From positions 60,080,001-60,144,000 of the forward strand of contig CM059438.1 of assembly GCA_030390025.1 (NCBI GenBank): 64,000 nt of DNA, given 5' to 3'. The translations under genes were made by a program, and so were the position numbers. A model generated the notes under the pieces. The model was given only the letters and a program-made list of their open reading frames with translations. It did not search any database and was not told the origin of the DNA. Origin of the DNA: Squalus acanthias (Eukaryota). This document shows, one piece after another, positions 38,562-49,504 of the stretch (position 1 is its first letter; every line of letters starts with the position of its first letter).

Positions 38562-38997
38562 GAAAGAAAAAACTTGCATTTCTATAGCGCCTTTAACGGC
38601 CTCAGGATATCCCAGAGCGCTTTACAGTCAAAGGTGCTTTTTAAAGTGCAGTCACTGTTGTAGGAAACGCGGCAGCCAATTTGCACACAGCAAGCTCCCA
38701 CAAACAGGAATGTGTTAATGACCAGTAAATCTGATTTTAGTGATGTTGGTTGAGGGATAAATATTGGCCAGAAAACTGGTGAAAACTCCCTGCTCTTCTT
38801 CGAATAGTGTCATGGGACCTTTTAAGTCCACCTGAGAGGGCAGACAGGGCCTCAGTTTAATGTCTCATCTGAAAGACGGCACCTCCGACAGTGCAGCGCT
38901 CCCTCAGTACTGCGCTGGAGTATCAGCCTAGACTTTTGTGCTCAGGTTTCTGGAGGGGGGCTTGAATCCACTCAGAGGCGAGAGTGCTACCGGCTGA
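38562..38997 (-). mobile_element. SacSINE1-like Deu-domain SINE, near full length
   Basis: Same body as the other copies; tail gcgctatagaaatgcaagtttttc on the minus strand. Confidence 0.8.
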
Positions 38998-39099
38998 CGC
39001 CGTAGAAAACAGTAATGCAATTTACGGGTCACGGGTTCCACTATCAGCAGGTCAGAGGGCCGCTGACCACGTGCTTGGGGAAAGGTCAGCCGACCCCAA

Positions 39100-39204
39100 C
39101 TCCTCTCTCTCTCTCTTCTCTTCTCTCTTCTCTCTCTCTCTCTCTTCTCTTCTCTTTCTCTTTCTCTTTCTCTTTCTCTTTCTCTTTCTCTTTCTCTTTC
39201 TCTT

Positions 39205-39298
<94 letters not shown>

Positions 39299-39438
39299 TC
39301 TTTTTCGTTCTCTCTCTCTTTTTCGTTTTCTCTCTTTTTCGTTTTCTCTCTTTTTCGTTTTCTCTCTTTTTCGTTTTCTCTCTTTTTCGTTTTCTCTCTT
39401 TTTCGTTTTCTCTCTTTTTCGTTTTCTCTTTTTCTCTC
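39100..39438. repeat. Polypyrimidine compound microsatellite: (TC)n, (TTTCTC)n and longer TTTTCG-containing units
   Basis: Directly visible; accounts for the spurious ER/KR- and SL/SF-rich ORFs. Confidence 0.95.
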
Positions 39439-39649
39439 ATTGCAGAAACCTGCATTTAAGGGGAAGTCTGTTCCCCTTTCTGTGCTCGCTAACAGAATCC
39501 CTGGCTGCTTCGAATAACCTTTTCTTAAATTGGTGCTGGGGATCTGATGCTGAGGTCTAATTGGCCACAGCTAGATTCTGTCATGTCTTCTTGACCTGGC
39601 CATGATCTTTTGAATGGTTCTCGAGGGAATCTCTGAGCACTTGCAGTGG

Positions 39650-39767
39650 CTGCCTCCAGAATCGGCCACTCCAGCCTGTGTGCCTCTGCCTCCAGAATCG
39701 GCCACTCCAGCCTGTGTGCCTCTGCCTCCAGAATCGGCCACTCCAGCCTGTGTGCCTCTGCCTCTGG
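39650..39767. repeat. 36-bp minisatellite, about 3.3 copies
   Basis: Unit ctgcctccagaatcggccactccagcctgtgtgcct repeated perfectly three times. Confidence 0.92.
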
Positions 39768-39896
39768 AACCCGCTCCCTTTGAGCGGCTGCCCCTGGGTT
39801 CTGCTAGCTGACCTGAACTGCCATTTAAATAGCTGTCCCTGGAGTCCCTGTCCTGAACTTTTTGCTGGCTGCCCAGTAATTTATTGTGTGTGTGGC

Positions 39897-40476
39897 TTTA
39901 CAGCCAATTAAATACTTTTGAAGTGTAGTCACTGTTGTACTGTAGGAAATGTGGCAGCCAATTTGTGCACAGCAAGCTCCCACAAACAGCAATGAGATAA
40001 TGACCAGATAATCTGTTTCTGGTGATGTTAATTGAGGGATAAATGTTGGCCAGGACTCGAGAGTACACCCCGCTCTTCAAATAGTGCCATGGGATCTTTT
40101 CCGTCCACCTGAGAGGGCAGATGGAGCCTCGGTTTAACATCTCATCTGAAAGACAGGACCTCCAACAGTGGAGCACTCCCTCAGTACCAATGTTCCCTCT
40201 AAATTGTCTTTCTTGTGCGCAGCCTGTTTATTTCAGTGCGCGGGCTCTTTAAATTTCTGCGCATGTGCGGTATTTCAAATGAAGAAGCTTGTGAGCGGCC
40301 TGTGCGGTACCTTGCAGGTTGCTGCGTGGCCGTGCACACACGCAGCTTAGAGGGAACATTGCTCAGTAGTGCACTGGCGTGTTAGCCTAGAATATGCACT
40401 CAAGTCTCTGGAATAGGCCTTGAACCCACGATCTTTTGAATCAGAGGCGAGAGTGCTACCACTGAGCCACAGCTGA
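39897..40476 (-). mobile_element. SacSINE1-like SINE interrupted by a hAT MITE
   Basis: The SINE body is contiguous across 40188-40361. Confidence 0.8.
40188..40361. mobile_element. 174-bp hAT-type MITE
   Basis: Perfect 15-bp TIR caatgttccctctaa/ttagagggaacattg; 8-bp TSD ctcagtac/ctcagtag (7/8). Confidence 0.88.
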
Positions 40477-41087
40477 TACTTTTTAACCTCTTCACATTCT
40501 CCCTGCAGCCTTTTTCTGGTCACCGGCAAATTTAAACATAGCTGCTCCCGCTGCTAACTTTGGTTCCCTGTTTTAATGATGTTGGATGATGTATAAATAT
40601 TGGCCAGGATACCGGGGAGCACTCCCATGCTCTCCTTCAAATAGTGCCATACGATCTTTTTATGCCCACCTCAGAAGGTAGACGGGGTCTCGGTTTAACG
40701 TCTCATCTGAAAGACTGATGAAGCATTCAGTTTCCTGTGAGACCCACCCTTTGCAATGATGCTCAATGGATTCCCAAGACATACAATGCAGTACATTGTA
40801 CCCTATCTGCTGACTCCTATATGCTGCAGTGTCCTGTAATTGCTCACGTGAATGTCTGCCTGTCATGGTGTTGGATGGTCATCAATTGGGGGAGGATGGG
40901 GTTCACTCCATTAAGTTTTTTTTTTCATGTTTTGAATCAGAAACTGGCATTGGGTTTTTTGTGCTATCATGAAATGTGTTCTTGATATTTTGGCATTGGT
41001 TCTTGACCGCGTATCTTCTATACATCTTTGCAATGAGCTGTGGAAATGATAGAGGGTGGAAAATTTCACCTGGTTATTTTAGAAACA

Positions 41088-41187
41088 AAAATGAGAAGTC
41101 GCACAACACCAGGTTATAGTCCAACAGATTTATTTAATTTTACAAGCTTTCGGAACAGTTCGCTCCTTCGTCAGGTAAGTTAGCAGT
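41088..41187 (-). mobile_element. 100-bp Penelope pLTR fragment containing a hammerhead motif (41140-41178)
   Basis: Homologous to 28666-28765; flanked by the direct repeat ttttagaaaca (41077-41087 and 41188-41198). Confidence 0.75.
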
Positions 41188-42541
41188 TTTTAGAAACAGA
41201 TTTGGGTGCTAGATATTTGGCGTTTTTCTGTTTTTCCATTGCGTTGTAGAAGAATTAATGTTGTAAGAAATTATTCTGTTGAGTTGCGTGTAGAGACAAT
41301 TTTGTAGTTAAAATAGGGCCCCTGTAATTTCTGTTAGAAGCCTAGAAACTCATTTGCTCCCAAAAACTGGTGCTTAGGGGGAGGGGCATGCAAGGGGGGC
41401 CGGGCAGAGTATGTGGGGACAGTGTGGGCATGCAGGGGGTGGGGCTGAGTGTGCAGGAGGCGGGGGACACGCAAGGGAGGAGAAGATTTTAAATTGGCAG
41501 ATGTGGCTGCAGGAGCTGCAGATCGGGCACACAGGTTCTCTGATGCTGCGTTGGTCCAGGCAGCCTGCAGGAGGAGAGAGATTCAAACAACTACTCAGCT
41601 GTCAGTTGGAAGAGGTTGCTGAGGAGGCCAATGCCAGGAGCTGAACTCCCAGGACAAGGTAGCATTACCAAACAAAGTTCAATGACCACACCAGAGTTGT
41701 CAAGGTAAGAATCCAAGCCCTCCACTCTCCTACAATCACCGCACCACACTTCACTCCACCTTCTTCCCCATCTCTCACACACACTGCACCTCCTACTCTC
41801 ACCACTATTGCAAGCCTCACTTCCCCACGCCTCACTTCCCCACACCTCACATTTTGCGTACAACACCCACAGTATTTGACCACAACAGGCGCATTCTCTA
41901 AACAGCTCACCAGGTTGTTACTAACACACTTCTTGCAGGACAAGGTAGCGCACAACATGAGGGACCAGGCAGCGAGCTTAGGAAGCCAAGCCCACTGACC
42001 CATCCTTTCCCCACTGCAGCACACCCTCAATACCATGAGCAGGGGGACAGTCATGCCCGTGGCGAGTGGCAATGCTGGAGAAGACGTCGCGCAGCGTTAC
42101 TTTACATCTTGCCCTCCTTGTCTCTTCTCAATTCTATCTCACCTTGCACAAGCTGCAGTTGCATTCAGCAGCCACTCATCTCTCTCTGCTCTCCCTTCAC
42201 ACTAAAAGCTAACCCTGGTCTTTCTCTTTAATTTCAGGTGCAGAAAATGTGGACGCCCCTTGTGGCAGTGGAGGAAGAAGAGGGCAGCTTTGTGAAGACA
42301 CAGCATCCCTCGATCTCAACCTCACGAGCACCAGCTCAGAGACTGGCACCATGTGTATTCTTCAGGGTAGGTTAGAGGAATGGTCTTCACACGGTGAAGC
42401 AACGGAGCAGGGGGATTAAAGCTTACATTAAGTTTACCACGCGTAAGGCTCATTCTTACGACAATTTAATCAACTTTGGAAAACTTCGCACTCAAACTTT
42501 TTGGACGAACTCGGAGCTAAGGATCCAGGGAATCACCCATC

Positions 42542-45500
42542 ATGGAAAACATCCTTAAACCATCGCGTCTTGACTTGGACCCAAACACCCCAGCAGCCGG
42601 TAAGGTGTGGAAACACTGGTATTGCACGTTTGAGAATTTTCTTGAGTATTGCAAAGCTGATGATAACTCAAAGTTGCGGATACTCATCAACTGTGTCACC
42701 CCGAATGTATTTCAGTATGTGGAAGACTGGGACAGTTATGAGGAGGCAATTCAGACGCTTAAGAGACTATATACTAAGACACCGAATGAGGTCTATGCTA
42801 GACATCTACTAGCTACAGCCCAACAAGGGCCGGAGGAATCCATTGATAAATTCCTCCAAGAGCTTCGCAGACTTAGTATGGACTGTAACTTTCGGGCAGC
42901 CTCAGCTGAGCTATACCGCGAAGAAATGATCCGTGATGCGTTCATCTGCGGGCTTGCCTCCCCATTTATACGCCAGCGTCTACTGGAAAGTAAGACACTT
43001 GAGCTGCAGAGAGCTTATGACCTGGCTTGCTCTCTAGATCTGGCAAAAAGAAATGCAGACCTTTTTACAGTGCCCAGACCTCGGTCTGCTGCCTTAACTA
43101 CAGTCAGGCAATTTAAGAGGCCACAGGTGAACTCTATTAGGGAGGACTTTATCCCTGACGATCGATCTGATGACTTCACTGATGAAGAGGATGATGACCC
43201 CACTGTGGCAGCCTCTTGGCAATCTAAGAAATGCTTTTTTTGTGGTGATGAGTTTCACCCTCGGAGATTCTGCCCTGCTCGCAATGCGTTTTGCAGTCAT
43301 TGCAACAAAAAGGGTCATTTTGTAAAGGTTTGCCTATCAAGAGCCTCTACGAGGGCTTATCAAGCTAAGTCCTACCGAACTGCCCCAGTAAGGGCCTATC
43401 AGGATGTTCCAACTAAAAACTATCGTGCTTCCTCTCGGGTTTTTTCTCGAAGAAACACACCTAGAATTTCAGCCACTCTTTGTGCAACGACACCAATTAC
43501 AGCTGCTTGTCCTCAGAATCTATTCCATGCAGCTACAAAAGCATCAATTAATGGACATACTTTAGATGCCTTAATTGACTCAGGTAGCACTGATAGTTTC
43601 ATTAGGGAACAGACTGTTGCACAGTTAAAGCTACATGTTTTTCCATCGGACCAGGCAGTTGCGATGGCTCAGTCATCACTTAATACCAGAATTTCTGGCT
43701 TCTGTGTAGTTGAAATAATGCTTAAAGGTCACAGGTATCCCTCCACCCGGCTTTCGGTGCTCAAGGACTTATGTAGTGATCTTATCTTAGGGCTGGATTT
43801 TCAAAAGCAGCATAAGAAGCTTACCATTGAGTTCGGCGGATCCAAACCTGAACTCACTATTTCTAATATACGACCTCGATTACCGTTCTGTGCCTTGTCA
43901 GCAGCTTCACTGGATGAACCCTCACTGTTTGCCAGTATCCCTCCTCGATGCAAACCGATTATAACAAAGTCACGCCGTTTCAGTCAGGAAGACCAGTCTT
44001 TTATTGCGGCTGAGATTTCTCGGCTTTTAGCAGAGGATATCATCGAGCCTTGTTCGTCGCCATGGCGCGCCCAGGTCGTTATTGTTAAGAACCCTCTACA
44101 ACCTCACAAGAAACGGCTGTGCATTGACTATTCACAGACCATCAATCAGTATACGGACTTGGACGCATACCCATTGCCGCGCATCGATGATATGGTTAAT
44201 AAATTGGCTGAGTACACGGTGTTCTCGACTTATGATCTGAAAAGCGCCTATCATCAGGTACCCTTGAAGGTCTCAGACAAGCAGTATACAGCCTTTGAAG
44301 CCAATGGGCGGCTGTATCAATTTCGTCGCCTCCCCTTTGGGGTCACTAATGGAGTGGCTGTCTTCCAGCGAGCAATGGATGACCTGGTCAAACAGGAAGA
44401 CTTGAAGGATACGTTTCCTTATCTGGACAATATTACTGTCGCAGGTCGCAATCAGCAGGAACATGACGCCAATCTCCAACGATTTTGGGATGCACTCCAG
44501 CACCGTAATTTGACATTGAATGCGGCTAAATCCATTGAGTCACAACCAACTATCAACATCCTTGGCTATTGTGTGGGCAATGGCATCATTAAACCTGACC
44601 CTGAAAGGCTTCGCCCACTCCAAGAACTCCCGCCACCTAAGAATCCGGCCTCCTTGCGCCGGGCCCTCGGCCTGTTTGCATACTATGCGAAATGGATTCC
44701 TAACTTCTCGGACCGAATCCAACCTCTACTGAAGGCCAGCACATTCCCACTAGACACAACGGCTGTTGCAGCCTTTAACCTCCTGAAAAAGCAGTTGGAG
44801 AAAGCGGCTCTTCACTCCATCGATGAGAGTCTTCCTTTCGTGGTTGAGTGTGATGCCTCGGAGGTGGCAATCTCAGCCACTCTGAATCAGGAAGGTCGTC
44901 CGGTGGCATTTTTGTCCAGGACTTTTCAAGGGGCTGAGCTACATTATCCTCCAGTCGAGAAAGAAGCTACAGCCATCATAGAGGCAGTACAGAAGTGGAG
45001 TCATCTCCTGGCTCGCCAGCACTTTACCTTAATCACGGACCAGCGATCGGTCGCCTTCATGCTCGATAATCGAAAACGGACCAAAATTAAAAATAATAAA
45101 ATCCAGCTTTGGCGGCTGGAATTGGCCTCTTTTGGTTACACCATCCACTATCGACCTGGCAAGGAGAATGTGGCTCCGGATACCCTCACACGAGCATTCT
45201 GCTCCGCCATGGCACCCTCTACGCTCGTAGACATCCATGATGGGTTGTGTCATCCAGGCGTTACTCGCATGCTGCACTTCGTGCGGTCCCGAAATCTCCC
45301 ATTCTCTACCGGGGATGTAAAGAAGATGTGCTCGGACTGCAGAGTCTGTGCGGAATTGAAACCTCGGTTTTTCCGCCCCTCGGGTGGTATACTCATACAT
45401 GCGACCCAGCCAATGCAAAGGCTTAGCATCGATTTTAAGGGGCCGTTGCCCTCTTCGACTCGCAACACTTATCTATTAACAATGGTTGATGAGTATTCTC

Positions 45501-46342
45501 GTTTTCCGTTTGCCTTTCCCTGCCCCAATATGCTGACAACCACGGTTATCAGCTGCCTTGAACAGGTATTTGCTTTCTGTGGCATGGCATCCTATGTTCA
45601 TTCAGATCGGGGCCCTTCTTTTATGTCGGGAGAACTCAAGGCCTATCTCTCGGAACGGGGTATTGCTGCCAGCAAAACGACGCCTTATCATCCGGTTGGG
45701 AATGGGCAAGTCGAGCGTTTTAACGCTATCATCTGGAATGCGGTACGTCTGGCTTTGAGATCTCGGGGCCTACCCAACCAGCATTGGGAAGCAGTACTTC
45801 CAGACGCATTACACTCCACACGGTCCCTCCTTTCGACCGCCACAAATACGACGCCTCATGAACGGTTCTTCCAATTTCAGCGTCGCTCATCCTATGGGAC
45901 ATCTCTCCCGTCGTGGCTGACTGCACCGGGACCAGTGCTACTCCGAAGATATGTCCGGGCGTCTAAGAATGACCCCCTGGTAGATGAGGTTGAGCTCACT
46001 GACGTCAACCCTACCTACGCCTATATTCGGTATCCTGACGGTCGGGAATCTACCGTGTCATTGCGGGATCTGGCTCCCTGCCCGCCGAAACATAGAGGGA
46101 CACCAGGGGATGATATTGTACCAGGCACATCTCTGGGCTTGCCAGGTGCCTCTCATCATGATCGGGATCTGACGCCGGCTGGTACCTCACTCCAGCGTGC
46201 CGACCTGGGGCAGACTGACTATGAGCCCGTCGGGGCTCGCACGCGCAGCCACGATCAACCCTGTACCGTACGCTCAAACGGATCTGCCACAGCCCTGCCC
46301 GACACCCATTCGGGTACCAGTACACAGTCAGGATCGTTCTGA
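42542..46342 (+). CDS. Gypsy gag-pol polyprotein, 1266 aa, single uninterrupted ORF
   Basis: Two zinc knuckles (CFFCGDEFHPRRFC, CSHCNKKGHFVKVC); protease LIDSGS; RT LPFG..YLDN; RNase H CDASE..EKEA..TDQ; integrase HHCC plus IDFKG/SDRG/VERFN. Confidence 0.95.
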   Translation: MENILKPSRLDLDPNTPAAGKVWKHWYCTFENFLEYCKADDNSKLRILINCVTPNVFQYVEDWDSYEEAIQTLKRLYTKTPNEVYARHLLATAQQGPEESIDKFLQELRRLSMDCNFRAASAELYREEMIRDAFICGLASPFIRQRLLESKTLELQRAYDLACSLDLAKRNADLFTVPRPRSAALTTVRQFKRPQVNSIREDFIPDDRSDDFTDEEDDDPTVAASWQSKKCFFCGDEFHPRRFCPARNAFCSHCNKKGHFVKVCLSRASTRAYQAKSYRTAPVRAYQDVPTKNYRASSRVFSRRNTPRISATLCATTPITAACPQNLFHAATKASINGHTLDALIDSGSTDSFIREQTVAQLKLHVFPSDQAVAMAQSSLNTRISGFCVVEIMLKGHRYPSTRLSVLKDLCSDLILGLDFQKQHKKLTIEFGGSKPELTISNIRPRLPFCALSAASLDEPSLFASIPPRCKPIITKSRRFSQEDQSFIAAEISRLLAEDIIEPCSSPWRAQVVIVKNPLQPHKKRLCIDYSQTINQYTDLDAYPLPRIDDMVNKLAEYTVFSTYDLKSAYHQVPLKVSDKQYTAFEANGRLYQFRRLPFGVTNGVAVFQRAMDDLVKQEDLKDTFPYLDNITVAGRNQQEHDANLQRFWDALQHRNLTLNAAKSIESQPTINILGYCVGNGIIKPDPERLRPLQELPPPKNPASLRRALGLFAYYAKWIPNFSDRIQPLLKASTFPLDTTAVAAFNLLKKQLEKAALHSIDESLPFVVECDASEVAISATLNQEGRPVAFLSRTFQGAELHYPPVEKEATAIIEAVQKWSHLLARQHFTLITDQRSVAFMLDNRKRTKIKNNKIQLWRLELASFGYTIHYRPGKENVAPDTLTRAFCSAMAPSTLVDIHDGLCHPGVTRMLHFVRSRNLPFSTGDVKKMCSDCRVCAELKPRFFRPSGGILIHATQPMQRLSIDFKGPLPSSTRNTYLLTMVDEYSRFPFAFPCPNMLTTTVISCLEQVFAFCGMASYVHSDRGPSFMSGELKAYLSERGIAASKTTPYHPVGNGQVERFNAIIWNAVRLALRSRGLPNQHWEAVLPDALHSTRSLLSTATNTTPHERFFQFQRRSSYGTSLPSWLTAPGPVLLRRYVRASKNDPLVDEVELTDVNPTYAYIRYPDGRESTVSLRDLAPCPPKHRGTPGDDIVPGTSLGLPGASHHDRDLTPAGTSLQRADLGQTDYEPVGARTRSHDQPCTVRSNGSATALPDTHSGTSTQSGSF

Positions 46343-46514
46343 CCCCTCACAGAGCGGGCTGGAGCACTCGGACTCTGGTCCATGGCCCGCAGCGGGTAAA
46401 CGGGCTAGGGGCCCTCTACCGCTACGAGAACCCAAACGGGTGCGGCTCTCCCTCATCCAACGGCTACGAAATGGAGGGAGCATCCCGGCCTCCTAATCTT
46501 TTGGGGGGGGAGAA

Positions 46515-46697
46515 TGTGGTAACACTTTTCAGCTTCCTGTATGACATCACTTCCTGTAATCAGTCCAGGATAAATACTGGACTGATCAGTTAGCTCTGGA
46601 AGAGGCATAGGGTAAGACCTCTTTTGTATGCAGCACCGTTTTAAGTTGATTAAAGCTTACATTAAGTTTACCACGCGTAAGGCTCATTCTTACGACA
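46515..46697 (+). repeat. Gypsy 3' LTR, 183 bp
   Basis: TG...CA termini (tgtggtaa/ttacgaca), directly after the PPT; ATTAAA at 46649-46654. Confidence 0.92.
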
Positions 46698-48689
46698 GAC
46701 AGCACAGGTGCCTGGTCGCTGGAGGGTGAGATCAGATACTAGGTCTGCTGCAGAGGACTTGGATGTTGACTTTGGGGGCCCAGTCTACCATAGAAGGCTG
46801 ATGGGCGTCCACCAGGTAATGCCAGGTGCACTGGGCAGCCTGCCATCGAGCTTGCGCACCGTGGTTCAGAGCTTGGAAGAGTCCAGCTCCAATTTGTGTT
46901 GGGACTTTGCACAGAGCATGGAGACCATTGTGTCCAACATGGACCGAGTGGTCAGCTCCCTCAACACAGCAGTTGGGTCCACCATGATGGAACCTCTGCG
47001 GACTGCTCACACTGCTGCCATGGAAGCTCTGACAGCTGCCACCTTGGCTCTGGAGGTCAGCATTGACTCATGTTTCCAGCACATCACTCCTGCACTCTGT
47101 TCTCACACAGAGCACTGGGAGGGCCTTGGCTCCACTGGAGAGACACCTTTTGTCTTCTCAGGACAAGAGCATGCCTGCTCCCACTGCACCAGTGCCCTTG
47201 TCAGTACCACTCAGCCAGCTGGGCCAGAGAGGTGCTGCAGTCTGCAGCCGTGCCCTCAAGGCCCAGAACTGCTCGAGGTCGCCCACCACTGCCATCTGAA
47301 GTGCCGACAATGGAAGCTCAGCAGCATTCCACCGCCCAAGCTTTAGCCACTGGGAAAACATTTCATAGGAGCACTGCGGTCGGTATTGCTCACTGATGAT
47401 GGCACTTTTTATGCTGTTGTAGATAATCATGATCTGTCATTTAGTATTTTCTGGCCAAACCTGTCTGATTGTCATTGGTTGTCAGTGCTGTGATTGCCAC
47501 TGGGGAGCCAGCATTGTGCAATGGTTGGACATGCTGTGCCTAATTTTTGATCATCCTCTTGACAACGGGCTAAAAATTCATTTAGGCCCTGCTTTCGGGC
47601 ACAGAATGGTTGGCGTGTGCCTGAGGCTCACCCGGAATAGTTCTTCGGGCCTCATTTCAATATTACCGGGGGCAGCTCACCACTTTATGGAGTCTCCAAT
47701 TTGGGTCAGTGGCCTGGTTGGTCAGGCAAGTCCTATTTGGGGGGGGCGGGGGGGGGGAGAGAGAGAAGAGGGCTGGCTGTGGCTCTCGGGCAATTTCTTG
47801 AGGGGGGCCTAGCACGAGCCAGCAGCGGCTCTCAGTAGTGCTGTCAAGCAGGAGTGCCCCTCCCGCCTCCACAAGCAGGTAAGTAGACTTACATTTTTTG
47901 TTGGAGCCTCGGGCGGTCCCTTTTGTGTAAAACGGGCGGCCAATTGGCTATCACCCATTTTATACCATGCAGAGTCAAAATTACTGCCCTAGAGTTTCGA
48001 AGGTTGAGGAGTGATCTAATCGAAGTATTTGAAATGATAAAGGGGATTTAATTGGCTAGATACAGAGAAGCTATTTCCTCTGGCTGGTGGAATCTCGAAC
48101 TAGGGAGCATACTCTTAAAATGAGAGCTGGACCATTCAGGAGTGAAATCAGGAAGTATGTGGGTGGGGTACTCTGTCCTGCTCTTTGTGTTGAACTCCCT
48201 ACCCCCACCCCCTCCTTAACTGTATTTTGATAATGAGCCCAGAGTTTCCCCAATTCCAGACTCTGGGGAAGTTACATATTGGATTTGATTTGAGTTTGAA
48301 GCTTCCTGAACGATCAAAAATGGTGTAAAATCTGAAGTATTTTCTCACCCATTTTGCAGAACAGAATCTGTTCAAACAAGACCCTGGTGTTTCAACAAGA
48401 GTTTTGCTTTCTAAACATAAAAACATTTCCTGCCTCTTAGAGTGTGAATGACGTTTCTTGCTGGGCAATTTCAGAGCCAAACATCTGAGGTAGAATTACA
48501 GAAAGAATAAAAGAGAGGGGAGAGGGAGGTGGCATAAAGCAAGCGGCGGTTAGGTGAGACTCTCAGACCCATGTTAGTTAGTTTGTTTGGGCTGCGTTTG
48601 GTGATGAATTTTGGAATCCAGCTGAATAATGAGGGAGGAGCTTTGATGGAGGGAAGTTCCTGAAGAACCTTATTCCTGTTTATTATGTA

Positions 48690-49215
48690 TTGCTGGCCAG
48701 ACCACCGACTCCCACCTCCATAATATCGCCCATCTCCGCCCTGCCTCAGCCCATCTACTGCTGAAACCCTCATCCATGCCTTTGTTACCTTCCAGACTCA
48801 ACTATTCCAATGTTCTAGCCAGCCAGCCTCCCATCTTCCACCATCCACAAACTTGAGATTAAAGGGGCCGCGCAGGCCAAAAAATAATTAGAGGGAATAT
48901 TACTTACAAGCCTCCGAGAACTCTGCGTTCCTCCATTTCTGGCCTCTTATGTACCCCTGATTTTATGTGCGCCAACATTGGCGGCCTTGCTTTCAGCTGC
49001 CAAGTCCCTAAATTCTGGAATTCCCTCCTTAAACCTCTGCCTCTCTCTCCTTTTAAGATGCTGCTTAAAAACTACCTCTGACCAAGCATTTGATCACCAG
49101 TCCTAATGTCGTCTCCTTTGGTTTGGTGTTATTTTTTGTCTGATTACCCTCCTGTGAAGCACCTTGGGATGTTTTACTACATTAAAGTTGCTATATAAAT
49201 GTAAGTGTTGTTGTT
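48690..49215 (+). mobile_element. L2 LINE 3' fragment
   Basis: AAETLIHAFVT.RLNYSN-like and WNSLL motifs plus the L2 tail; similar to 27540-28095. Confidence 0.75.
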
Positions 49216-49504
49216 AAGAGTTGTAAGAGCAAAAAGGTGTAGAACTAGTGATCTGGAAGCTGAGAACTTGCCTGGCAAACATCAGACAGCAAAAGATCTT
49301 GTGATCCAGTGAGCTGCAGTTGAGAACCCCCTTTTATACTGCTTCAGGAGCTCCCACATACCAATCCCAACAGGTGTTACTGGAGAGCCCGGGATTGGGC
49401 GGGGCCTCCAGGATTTTGAGTTCAAATCCCATGGGGACAGGTATGGTGCCATCAGAGCAGGACTCAGCTTTTAATGAGGCCCCTGCTTGGCTGGGCGGGC
49501 ACGT

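Larger units (their letters stand above)
42414..46697 (+). mobile_element. Ty3/Gypsy LTR retrotransposon, coding-intact, 5' LTR truncated
   Basis: 42414-42463 is identical to the last 50 bp of the 3' LTR; PPT ggggggggagaa at 46503-46514; domain order gag-PR-RT-RH-IN. Confidence 0.95.
41500..47400 (+). mobile_element. Degraded Harbinger Myb/SANT gene, host of the Gypsy insertion
   Basis: WEEVAEEANARS*TPRTR*HYQTKFNDHTRVVK followed by gtaaga at about 41607-41710. The later exon-like sequence resumes after 46697. Boundaries approximate. Confidence 0.55.

Noticed and set aside
38928..39560. ER/KR-rich and SL/SF-rich ORFs
   Set aside because: Translations of a microsatellite.
39614..39811. (PPESATPACVPL)n ORF as a host exon
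   Set aside because: No convincing splice or promoter context; explained as a minisatellite.
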